A DNA stretch of 64,000 bases from Piromyces finnis finn (taxonomy: Eukaryota; Fungi; Neocallimastigomycota), in contig MCFH01000051.1 in assembly GCA_002104945.1 (NCBI GenBank), positions 310,001 through 374,000 on the forward strand, written 5' to 3'. Of this stretch, positions 18,959-30,681 are shown piece after piece. Each line of letters opens with the position of its first letter. The stretch's first letter is position 1. The notes beneath the pieces are model-generated. The model did no database searches. It had not been told where the DNA came from and saw only the letters and a list, made by a program, of their open reading frames with translations. Position numbers and translations under genes: made by a program.

Positions 18959-21900
18959 ATGAAAGCTTTTAGATTAGGAAAATCAAGAAAAAATAGTAAG
19001 GGACAACTTGGAAAAGATAAATCAATAACATCAACTTCATCTAATGCCTCATTGCGTAGTAATTTAAAACATGATAAAGTTCAATCATATACCTCTACTC
19101 TGTATAACTCCATGAATCGGAGTTTTACTTCCTCAACAAACACTACTAATTCGCCAATAAGATCTAATTCATATACCAATTATTTGGCAAATAGTAATAA
19201 TAACAACAATAATAATAATACTATGAGTCATAGAGAAGGCTCACCAAAATCATTAACTAGAAATGTATCATTGGGAAAAGTACCAGAATTTCGAGTTGGT
19301 GTTAGATTAAGACCAATGCTTGAAACAGAAAAAGATGATTCTGAAAATGAAGAATTAGTATATCTCCTCCCACAAAACAATATTCTATGCATACGGGAAC
19401 CTGGTACTGATCGCTTGCCTGAGATTGATGATGGACCACCACCACCGCCAGGTACTATTGCTCCATCTATGGGTCCATATATAGGGACAGATCCATTTAA
19501 TTATGTTTTTGGCGCAAAGAATAACCAAGAAGATGTCTATATGCAAAGTGTACATCCATTAGTTGAACATTTCCATAAAGGTAAAAACTCTTTAGTTCTT
19601 GCATATGGTCAAATGGGTTCAGGTAAAACATATACCATTGGTTTTCAACCTGAAGATTATAATTTAGAGAATTTTCAACCTGATAAAATTGGAAAGGAGT
19701 TAGGTTTTGTTCCAAGAGCCTTTCAAGAAACTCTTTCTTATATGCATCATTTAAAAAGTCAAGGACGTTCTGTAAATCTTCTTGTAACATTTATAGCAAT
19801 TTCTTGTGAAGATATAGCGGATTTATTAGGGGAGTCTATTACTAGATACAAAAGACCTCCATCTCCTGGTCCAAAAATGCATTCCCCAAACGATAAGCGC
19901 GAGACAACTCCACAACCTAAAACAATTACTGTTCATGATCGTGGAAAACAAGGTACTTATCTTAAAGGTGCTAAATACGAACGAATAGAAAGTATGGAAC
20001 GTTTAGCTGAATTGTTATACCGTGGTACTACTTTTCGTCGTATTGTCTTTGGCCCAGATTCAGAAAATCTTTCACACGCTATACTCTCATTTCATTTAGA
20101 ACAAGAAAATCCTAAAAATAATAAAGATAAGATTTATTCTAAACTTAATTTTGTTGATCTTTCTTGTACTGAAAAGATTGATAAAGTTGAAGCTAGAATG
20201 AATCGTATGGAAACAGGTGTTAATGATAAAAGTTGGTTAGCTCTTTCAAAAGTTATTAATCTTTTGACTGGTCGTCCAAAAGGTTATATACCATACCGTG
20301 ATTCCAAGTTAACTCAATTTCTTCAAGATTCTTTAAGTGGTGATGCAATTGTTTTCTTTCTTTCATGTTTAGCTCCGACTGCTTGTGATGAAAGTAAGAG
20401 CGTTTTGAAATATATGATTCGATCAACCAATATTGATCAACGTCAAACGGTTGTTCCACCCAAAATTTTAAAGAGTATTCTTTATAATTTAGAAAATATG
20501 ATGAATGATACACCAACTTCTCCTGTAAATGCTTTAAATCACAGCAGCAATAACAATACTATTAGTCCTAATCAAAGTATAATAAGTCACAATAGTAATA
20601 CAAGCAATAAACAAAAATATGATTCTCCTGCATTAGCTAATATATCTACTACTGTTAATCTTACTTCACCAAATGTAAATGAAGACTTAGCTAGCCCAGG
20701 ACAAGGTGATTCTACATATCCACGTATTTCTAATTCTAATCAAAGTTTAGATAGCAGTTTTTCATCTATGTCAAGACTTGCTGCAAATACTAGTCTTTTA
20801 TTTACAGACGCGGATGCTTCAAACACAATGAGTCCTATATATGAAGAAGAAAATAATCGTGTATCTCAAACCTATAGTAATATCTCAAGTGCTTCAAAAG
20901 GTACTTTGGAAAGACCACCAAGACGTCCAATCAGTAAACGTACTTCAAGTTTGGCTGTTGTAAATAAAGAAGGTAATCTTATTAATCGTACAAATCAACC
21001 TAGTTTACATACTGTTCAAAGTGTTCCTAGTATTAATAGTTTACGTAATAGTTTGATTATGGAACGTAAAAGCAGTGATCGTAAAAGTAGTACAGCTGGA
21101 ATGACTCAAATGCTAGAAGAGCAACTTAAAGCTCTTGATGATATGGAAAAGATGAATAATGAAGATATATCCAATTTAAATAAAAGTAAAGAAATCAAAG
21201 GTCATCATAAAAAGAATAGTGATGGTAAAAAACGTATTAGTTTCCATAAACATTTATTATCTTTCCATAAAGCCGTTTGCACTGAAGTAAATAAACAAGT
21301 AAAAGATAAAGAAATAGAACCAATAGCTAATCAAGTTCCAATTCCAATACCTAAAAGTAATGAAAATATAAATGATTCTCTTGCTGTTATGCTAAATGAA
21401 ATTCGGAATACAATTGGTGAAAAAGCCAGGGCAAATGATGATGTAAATATTAATTCAAATATAAATTCTGCTAATAATGTGGATAAGTTAGTTTACTACC
21501 TTAAAATTCTTCTTCAAAATTATTCCAAGAATGAAGAACAAGTATCAAAATTAACTGCTCTTATTAATAATAGCAATATTATTAATAACAACAATTATCA
21601 CAGCAATCCTTTAAGTGCTGTTGTTTCAAATGTTGAGAACTTAAAATATGAAGAAAGTTCTGGATCTACACCACGTTCAAGTATTGAAATTGTAAATGTT
21701 GCGAATACAACTCCTCCACCAAATCATCCACCACCACCTGTACCAATTGAATCTCCAATTATTAAGCCACCTTCTTATAATAAAAATAATAATAGCAATC
21801 AAATGAGAATAAATACATCTGAATTAGGTTCTGATGATATTAATACTAGTCCAATAAATCGTAACATTAATTCAAAGGAACACAATTTATCTGCATTAGT

Positions 21901-23899
21901 AAGTAAAGGAAAATCTGTATTGAAAAATAGTTTTGTATATAAAAATTCACCCACTGCATCTCCAAATACATATAGTGAAGATATGGTTATGGAAGATATG
22001 GATCAAGCAGAATTAAATAAATATATTACAAATCTTTCTATCCGCTTAAAGAATTCCATTAATGAAGTTAAAGAGGAAAGAGATAAATGCGATCTTTTAC
22101 GCCAAAAGGAAAAGAATTTGGAAAGAAAACTTCGTATTCGTGATAAGGAGTTAGAAGCATTACATATAGAATTGGATGAAAGAATAAATTCATTTAATAA
22201 TGCTGTTAAGGTATTAGTAATGCAATTAGGTATGGCTCAAGAATCTAAAAGTAAAACTCAAGAAGAATTAAGTTCTGTTGAGTATCGTACTATGGAGTTA
22301 GCAAAATCCCTAGAAACTATAAGTGAATTAATGAACGGGGATCGTAAAAATAATCGTAATGCTGAAGATAAGTATCATAATTTTGTAGCCGAATATGAAG
22401 AAGAAATTAATATTTTACAAAGTGAAAAATCTCAAATTATTCATGAAAAAGAATCACTTAAACAACAAAATGCTAATTTGCAATCAAAAATTAATAAATT
22501 GGTTAAAACTTTGAAAAAATTTCAAGTCAATTTAATTGAATCAGAAAAGAGAAATTATTATGATGCAACTGCGAATATGACTAATTTAAAAAACGAGAAC
22601 AATCTTTTAAAGCGTAAAGTAGAAGAACTTAATCAAACAAAAGCCTTTTTGGAAAGCAGTTATCATGATCTTCAAGTGGAATATGAGAAAGTATCTCAAG
22701 CAGCCAATTCATCAAGTTATGAAATGGATGAAGACAATTCAGATCAAATAGAAGAATATAAAAAAGAAATTGAACGCTTGAAGACTAAACTTCGTGAAGA
22801 AGAAGAGGATCATCAAGCCGAAGTTTATAAACTTTTAGATCGTGTTGTTATTGCTGAAAGCAAGCAAGGATCTACTAATTCAAATGTTAATAATTATACT
22901 AAAGAATTAGAGAAAAAATTAGAAATAAGTTATGCTGCTCAAAAAGAATTAAAAGAAAAATTAAAGGCAACAGAAGCTGCTATTAATAAGAAAAGCTTGG
23001 AAAACAAGGAATTAGAGGGTAGATGCTTATCCTTTAAAAAGTCTATTAGCACACTTCAAGATACTGTAAACACCTATGAAAATCATCAAATAAAGCTTTT
23101 AAATACAAATTACAATTTATCATCCCAACTTAATAATAATGGCAAGAAAGGTAAGACTTTAAATACACGCTCTTATTCTGGCTTTAGAACTATAATGCAA
23201 GATATTAAGAAAATGACAGTTACTGAATTACAAGATGAAGTTGTTGAATTGAGACAGGAAGTTGAAAGCATAAATAAGAAAAATTGGGATCTTAAGTTAG
23301 AAGTAGATCGTTATCAATCTGCAAATGAATCTAATCGTCGTACTATTATGCTTTTAATGAAACGTATTAATGGTGAAAAGGGTAATACTAGTAAAAAGGA
23401 TGATGGAAATACTAGTCCTATTGTTGGAGTTGATGAAAGTCGTAGTTCTTCTTTTTCCAAAGATCAAGCTAATTTAAGAAATTCCAATTCATCACTTAAT
23501 TCCAAGCACGAAAGCAATACAACACTTTTAAATAGTGAAACATTTGATGAAGATTATAGTAAATCGTCATCAAAATTACCTGTCTTATCAGAAGTTAATA
23601 ATGAAACATTGCTTAAAGGTGAACGTATTGATGATGAAGATACTACTAATGTTTCTCCATATCTTATTAATAAATCTAATTCATCATCTTCTTCTACAGC
23701 TGTTAATTTACCAATCCACGCTATGCCAAATCATGAAGGTTTTATTGCTAAGGATTCTGAAGCACGTTCTCTTTCTCAAGAGTCTTCATCTTCTGATTTC
23801 TCAATGATTAAGGTGAATGATGAAGTATGCATACGTGAATCCTCACTTTCTACAGAATCAATGAAGTATTCTCAAGATATTAATTATAATGACTATTAA
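18959..23899 (+). CDS. Kinesin-like protein (N-terminal motor, long coiled-coil tail; kinesin-4-like or divergent)
   Basis: FRVGVRLRP, P-loop GQMGSGKT and YIPYRDSKLTQFLQDSL are present, followed by a heptad-rich C-terminal half. 1646 aa, no intron needed. Confidence 0.92.
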   Translation: MKAFRLGKSRKNSKGQLGKDKSITSTSSNASLRSNLKHDKVQSYTSTLYNSMNRSFTSSTNTTNSPIRSNSYTNYLANSNNNNNNNNTMSHREGSPKSLTRNVSLGKVPEFRVGVRLRPMLETEKDDSENEELVYLLPQNNILCIREPGTDRLPEIDDGPPPPPGTIAPSMGPYIGTDPFNYVFGAKNNQEDVYMQSVHPLVEHFHKGKNSLVLAYGQMGSGKTYTIGFQPEDYNLENFQPDKIGKELGFVPRAFQETLSYMHHLKSQGRSVNLLVTFIAISCEDIADLLGESITRYKRPPSPGPKMHSPNDKRETTPQPKTITVHDRGKQGTYLKGAKYERIESMERLAELLYRGTTFRRIVFGPDSENLSHAILSFHLEQENPKNNKDKIYSKLNFVDLSCTEKIDKVEARMNRMETGVNDKSWLALSKVINLLTGRPKGYIPYRDSKLTQFLQDSLSGDAIVFFLSCLAPTACDESKSVLKYMIRSTNIDQRQTVVPPKILKSILYNLENMMNDTPTSPVNALNHSSNNNTISPNQSIISHNSNTSNKQKYDSPALANISTTVNLTSPNVNEDLASPGQGDSTYPRISNSNQSLDSSFSSMSRLAANTSLLFTDADASNTMSPIYEEENNRVSQTYSNISSASKGTLERPPRRPISKRTSSLAVVNKEGNLINRTNQPSLHTVQSVPSINSLRNSLIMERKSSDRKSSTAGMTQMLEEQLKALDDMEKMNNEDISNLNKSKEIKGHHKKNSDGKKRISFHKHLLSFHKAVCTEVNKQVKDKEIEPIANQVPIPIPKSNENINDSLAVMLNEIRNTIGEKARANDDVNINSNINSANNVDKLVYYLKILLQNYSKNEEQVSKLTALINNSNIINNNNYHSNPLSAVVSNVENLKYEESSGSTPRSSIEIVNVANTTPPPNHPPPPVPIESPIIKPPSYNKNNNSNQMRINTSELGSDDINTSPINRNINSKEHNLSALVSKGKSVLKNSFVYKNSPTASPNTYSEDMVMEDMDQAELNKYITNLSIRLKNSINEVKEERDKCDLLRQKEKNLERKLRIRDKELEALHIELDERINSFNNAVKVLVMQLGMAQESKSKTQEELSSVEYRTMELAKSLETISELMNGDRKNNRNAEDKYHNFVAEYEEEINILQSEKSQIIHEKESLKQQNANLQSKINKLVKTLKKFQVNLIESEKRNYYDATANMTNLKNENNLLKRKVEELNQTKAFLESSYHDLQVEYEKVSQAANSSSYEMDEDNSDQIEEYKKEIERLKTKLREEEEDHQAEVYKLLDRVVIAESKQGSTNSNVNNYTKELEKKLEISYAAQKELKEKLKATEAAINKKSLENKELEGRCLSFKKSISTLQDTVNTYENHQIKLLNTNYNLSSQLNNNGKKGKTLNTRSYSGFRTIMQDIKKMTVTELQDEVVELRQEVESINKKNWDLKLEVDRYQSANESNRRTIMLLMKRINGEKGNTSKKDDGNTSPIVGVDESRSSSFSKDQANLRNSNSSLNSKHESNTTLLNSETFDEDYSKSSSKLPVLSEVNNETLLKGERIDDEDTTNVSPYLINKSNSSSSSTAVNLPIHAMPNHEGFIAKDSEARSLSQESSSSDFSMIKVNDEVCIRESSLSTESMKYSQDINYNDY

Positions 23900-26464
23900 T
23901 AAAATCTGATAAAACTATACAAAAATATCAACTAATACAAATACAAAAATATTTTTGCAAAAAGCACATTCTCAGTTTATTTATTAAACATTATATAATA
24001 CAATGCAGTTAATAAAACTTTACCTACTTATCAAATAAATAAAGCAACATAGTTTTTTTTTATAAAACAAAAAATCAAACGTTCCAAAATATAAACATCA
24101 ATTAATACAACATTTCAAATTTATAATACCATAAAACTTAAGATTTTAGAAATTTAAACATAACTTTTCAATTTTTTTTTAATTAAAACATTCCAATTTT
24201 TTTTGCATTTTAGAAAAAAATAGTTCAATATTTTTTTAAAACATTTTAGAGAAGGTGGAAGTATAAAAAAAGAGAAAAAAAATATAATAAACTTATATTT
24301 TATAACAGTTCTTTTAAGCTTTTTTCGACCTATTAAACAATTTTTATCCATTCCTATTTTTTTAACCCTAGAGAAATGAAAAATACTTTCCCATTTCATT
24401 TTTTTTAATTTTACAGTAAATAATGTCATTCGTAAGTTAAGAAATACATTATAAATTCATTATTAATTTGAAAAATCAACATAAAATTTTATACCAAATG
24501 AATTTTTTAAACATTTTTTCTTGTTAAATGAGAAAAATAGTAGAATCAATTTATTCAAAATGATAATACATGCAGATTTTCTTAAAAATTTAAATTTTTT
24601 AAAAAATATTAATTAGATATTAATATTTTTTATCTTTTTTAAATTTTACTAAATGTATTTCTTTTCTTTTTATTTATCCTTTTTTTTTCCCATTCATCAC
24701 AAGCATCAATCAATAATACTTTTTTAAGTTTATAATATATTTACTTTTGAATATATCTTTATAAAAATAATGAATGATAGTATATGCTATTTATTTCATC
24801 ATAGTAATAAATAATAAAATATACTTTCAATTTTTATTGCTTTTTCTTTTTTTTTTAAAAAAAAGAAAATATGCTAAACTGATTAAAAAACAAATAATTG
24901 GATTTTAACAGAAAAAAAAAACAACAACAACAAAATAATAAAACAACAAAATAAATAGTAAATAAATAAACAAAAAAAAAAAATAAGCAATAATTAAAAA
25001 AGCAAACAAAAATTCAAAATAAAAAAATAATCAAAAATAATAATATACTTTACAAAAAACTAAAATACAACAAAAATACAGCAAGCATACTAAATAAAAA
25101 TGTAAAAAAAAAAAACAAAAAAAAAAAAAACAACTTTTATATATATTTTAAATAAATAAAATATATATATTTAAATATGTAAGAAAAGTTGAATTTAAAT
25201 AAAACAAAAATAGAAAACAAAAAACAAATAATACAACAAAAAAGGAATAATAAAGATATATTAAATGGTATAATAAGTTATGATTTATTTGAAATTATTG
25301 TTACAATTTTTATTGTAAGTATCATCAAGGATCATGTGTCTATAAAAGGAATAAAAAAAGTTACACAGAACCGCAAAAGTTACAATAAAAAGTATGATTC
25401 ACTTTTATAATACAAAAAATCATATTTTTTATATTCAAAAATATGTTTACTGTAAAAAAAAATATTTATAATAATATAAAGCTTTTTTTAAATTTTTAAA
25501 TATTTATCATTCAAAAATTATTTAAATGAATAATTAAATAGTTTATATGTGTTAATATTTAATTATAATGATAAAGTAATCAACAATATTTTGAATTCCT
25601 AAAAGAGAATTTAAGATGTATAATCTAGGTAAGATTAATTTAAAAATAAGATTATTTATTTTTAATGTTTCCTTTTAATTGCCATTTTAAGGGATTTTAG
25701 AAAGCAAATATTTAAAAATAAATGAAAATCATTTATTTTCTTGTATAAAATGAATAGTAAACAATAAAAATAACTTTTTTTAATTATTATTTATAATAAT
25801 AATAATTATAATACCTATTTTAAATATTAATAATTATAAAAAAAAAAAAAAAAAAAAAAAGAAAAATTGTAACTATTCAATTGAAATACAAAATAAAAAA
25901 TGTTTATTTTATATTGTAAATTAAAAGAAGTTTTCAAAACAAAACATAAAAAAAAAATCTTTTAATTTCTTTTTAAAATATACAAATAATTTAAAAACAA
26001 TTAATTTATTTTAAATATATACTAATATTTAAATAGCGTATATTTAATAAGCAAAAAACCAAAAAGCAAAAATAAAAAAGCATTTTTTTAAAAACCAAAA
26101 AAAAAAAAAAAGTATATTAAATTATACTTTTACCTCCTTTTTTTTTTTTTTTTTTTTTGTTATTTAATAATTTCTAATTTTAATTAATTATTTTAAAACT
26201 TAGTGAATTTCTTTCCTTTTTTATTCAAGGTGTTACTATTGTGTGTATTTTTTTTTTAAAAAAAGATAGAACCCTTTTTAAATTGTCATCATTTTTTATA
26301 TTAAAAATTTCCTTTTTCATCTATTATGTATAAAAAAAAAATTGATAATATACTCTTTATTTTAAAACTTTATTTCTAAATAAAATAAAATAATGTATTT
26401 CTATTGTATAGATTTGACGAATTGATTTTATTTTATTTTTTAGTTTGATATGTTATAATCAATA

Positions 26465-26501
<37 letters not shown>

Positions 26502-26710
26502 TAGTTTATATTGTTAATAACAAAATTTAATAATAAATAGAAATAGGTATGAAAAAAAAAAAAGTCAATAAAAATTAAAAAAAAAAAAATCTTTTTTAAT
26601 AGATTTTGAGGTGTGACAAAATTGAATCCTTAATTTTTTTTTTTTTTTAAAAAAATTAAAATAAATCCACAATTTATTATTTTGTTTTTATTTAATAAAC
26701 TTTTTTCTTT

Positions 26711-26878
26711 TTAAGCATCTCTATATTTTGGTTCACAATATGGAACTTCCAAGGCATCAAATATTTCTTTCTCTGTTTTTGATGCTATAATAAAAAATGA
26801 TTTGAAAATTAAAAAGAAATAATATAGTTATTCAATATTTTTGTTATTCTAGATGTGTATATTTTTTCATATTATTTA

Positions 26879-26923
<45 letters not shown>

Positions 26924-27257
26924 TAGTTTACCTATTAACATGCCTGATGTTATTTTTGATGCATCTCTATTTCTTAAAACATTACCATATAAACCTCGTT
27001 GATTTAGTCGCCATCCCTATTTTTATATAAGCATATAAATATATATATATATATATTTTTAGTGTTTTAAAGTTTATTATTATTATTTTAAATAATAATA
27101 TTATATAAAAAAAAACCTTACGACGGGCTAATAAACGTAAACTTCTCTGGAAAATATTGAATAAATATTATTAATTTTAATTTAATATATATATTTATCC
27201 TTTTCTTTAAATTAATAGTTATTATACTTACATTAAATACATCACTTCCAGTAAAAC

Positions 27258-27311
<54 letters not shown>

Positions 27312-30300
27312 TGTGTGTTAAGATTTCATTGCTTCATTATGTATGTTAATATTATATTTGATAATTATATTAAGAAATCTAAATATATACTATAAAAGTG
27401 CAGCTCCTAATTCATTCCATGGAACAATTAATAAATCTATTCTACGATGTTTATGACCTTTGATAAAAATTAGATCATTTAGTAATATGAATAAAATTGT
27501 ATATATTGTATATATCTATAGTCATCATCATCATTATTATATGATATATATATTTTACATACCAGGTAATTGGCAAACTCCCATATACTTTGAATGTTCC
27601 TCTGAACTTTTTTTGGAAAACGATAAGTCATGAGTGAGAAAACCATCCTCTTTTAATATTCTGACAACATCATAAAGTAATCCTATTTAAATAATAAAAA
27701 TAATTTAATATTATCTATCTATCTATATCTATATATTCATTTAAAAGTTTTGTGTATTATGAACCTACCTGGATCTAATGTAGCATTTTTTGTTACTATT
27801 TGAAATTTATCATAGTTAATATTTAAAAAATAAATATAAAAAAAAAGTTTATTTATTTAATTTGGGGATATAAAATTATTTTATTATGATTTATTATATT
27901 ACGAACTTATAATATCGATATCACCACAAGTAGGCAAACCTCTGCGAAAAGATCCCATAGTATAAAATTTTAAATCAGGATCATATTGTGTTTGAATAGT
28001 ACTTTCTACTTTTTTGGAGATTTCTTCTGCTTCAGATCTTGGCATTCTTTCTTTAAATTCCTATTAAAAATATTGAAAAAAAAAAAATGAAAAGCGTTGG
28101 TTTTATTGTAATATTGAATGAATAATTTTTACTTTATTGTAAATAAACAGAAATCGAAAGATAAGTATATAGAATTTATTAATAAATGTAAATTATTACA
28201 TTATAAAGTTGAATTCCCACTTTTTGATGATAAGATAATTGCTCATTATTTAAAATATCTTCAATAGATCGATACCCTTTATTATACCATTTTTTTGCAG
28301 TTGATTCCCCAACCCCTTATTATTATTATTATTATTAGTATTAAAATATTTATGAAAAAAAAATAATTAATATTATATATAAAGTTTTTTTTTTTAATAA
28401 ATATTTTATAAAATTACCCCAAATTTGGATAAAAATTTTTAAAACATCATTCATTTTATCCTTTTTAAATGTTTCTAACTTTTTACATGTGCCTGTATTA
28501 ATAACTTCTTCAATCTTTTGTATTATAATAAATATGTAAATTTTTTTTTTAACTTTTTATTAATTCAGATAAACTCTTTACTCTATCTATAATTTTTTAT
28601 GTACCTTTTTTGCAATTCCATCACCTACACCTATAATAGATTTTGCTTGTTTGTAGGACAAAATTTTATGTGGATATCTATATATATATATATATATAAA
28701 TTATTCATTGAGTTATTATTTATAAGCATAAACCAATATGTATATATATATTATTTATTTTTTTTAACTTAGTATTATTTTTACCTTCGAATAGCAGATA
28801 TAGCTTTCTGGTAAGAAATTATTCTCCATTCAGATTTTATAAGATGATAATAATTTAAAAGTTCAGATAGTACTTTAATAATATCTTCATTTTGGCCATC
28901 AACTTTAACTGTTTTAGAATTTTTTCTCATACAAAGATAAGATTCTTGATTAAAAACCTTTAATTCCATAAAAATGGCAAAAAAAAAACATATAAATACC
29001 AATCATCATTAATATTTTTTTTTATATTTAAAAAATAAGATTATTACCTTTCTTGGTTTAAGAACTCCATTTAATTCATTTTCATTACTAGTGCCATTGT
29101 TCTAAATAAAAATAATTAGAGAATAAATTTATATTATATTCATATTAATTATTTTTTGTAAATATTATTTGTCATTATTTTATTATTCGAATTTTTTTTT
29201 TTACTTTTGGTTCTGCTATTTCATTTGTTTCTAACATAGATTCCATTGTACTACTAGTAAGGAGCGAATTTGTTTTTGAATAATATGAACTTTCTAAATT
29301 TGAAGTAAATGATGAATTTAGGATACTAGAATCTTTTATGATATGCCTTTGGTTTAAGTTTGTGGATATCATTATAGGAGTTTTATTTTTTAATGAACCA
29401 GTTTCTGATGTAGTGTTAATCTTATTATCATTTAATTCAATAGCATTAATAAACCTTGATAAAGTATTATTTTCAACAGGAGTAGAAGGGTATGCTGTTA
29501 GAGTTCCAGAATTATCTTTTCTTTTTCTAGTTATTGAAGTAGATAAAGGTGTTGTATTAGAGACAGTAGAGGTAATTGTGAGTATATTTTCTGTATTGTT
29601 GGCAGATATGTTTTGTGATGCTGAAGATGAGTTTATATGTAAAATTTGTTGTTCATACTTTTGACGTGCTTCTTCCTTTTTTCGTTTAAATTCCTTGTCT
29701 TGACTATCGTCTTCATCATTGGCATGATCAGAATGTTGATTAGGATCATTTTTATCTTTACTAATATAAAATTTGTGTTCAAGAATATTTATTTCTTCTT
29801 TTGACCATATCTTATATATTTCCTCATTTACTAAACGCGCATTTTTAAGGCATTGAGAAACCCATTCTGATTTAACAACATATATTTTTTTCTATTATTA
29901 TAAAAAATTTTAAATTTAAGAAATAATATTGTAAATAAAATTATATGATATTTTTTTTTTATTGTAAAATAGTATAATTTTCATTATAATTGCTTACATC
30001 AATAATTTTTAACTTTAAATGGTTAATTATTTCTTCATAAGTTAAATCTGAGATAATATGAGTAATAGCTGTGGAATAGGTATTAATTATTTTCCCTCCT
30101 ATTTAATAATATAAATAATAATAGTATGAAAATATTTTTTTCAATATTAATAAAAATCATTATCTATCATTTTTTAATATATATATAAATCATTGGATCA
30201 TTTAATTTAATTTATTATTTGTATATAAATAATTATTTATTTCATTTTCTTACCTAAATTTTCAATTTTGGATTTCATTAATTTTATGCGAAGTTTAGGT

Positions 30301-30640
30301 ATTTTCTCAGGTATAATCAATGCTACAATTGAAGAAAATAACTTTGTTTTTTTTCCTGCTTCTTTTGAATTTTGTTTTTCTTTTCTTTCATTTATTTCTT
30401 TTAAATCTATTTTATTCTTGTTGGAGGAAAGATCATCGATTTTTTTATGAACACCATTTTTAATTTTATTTTTATTCCTTTCTTTAATTCCCTCTTTTTT
30501 TGATTTTTCTTGTTGCTTTTCTTCTATTTTCACTTTTTTTTCTTTATCTCTAGTTGATATAATAATATTATTGTTAATATTATTATCCTTTTTATTTTCA
30601 ACAAGCATACTGTCTATTGTTACACTACTTTCATTTTTTA

Positions 30641-30681
<41 letters not shown>

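Noticed and set aside
24154-25410. Short ORFs 24154..24429 and 25189..25410 (also 2348, 16483, 60702)
   Set aside because: Non-ATG or low-complexity frames in A/T-tract intergenic DNA with no recognisable motifs.
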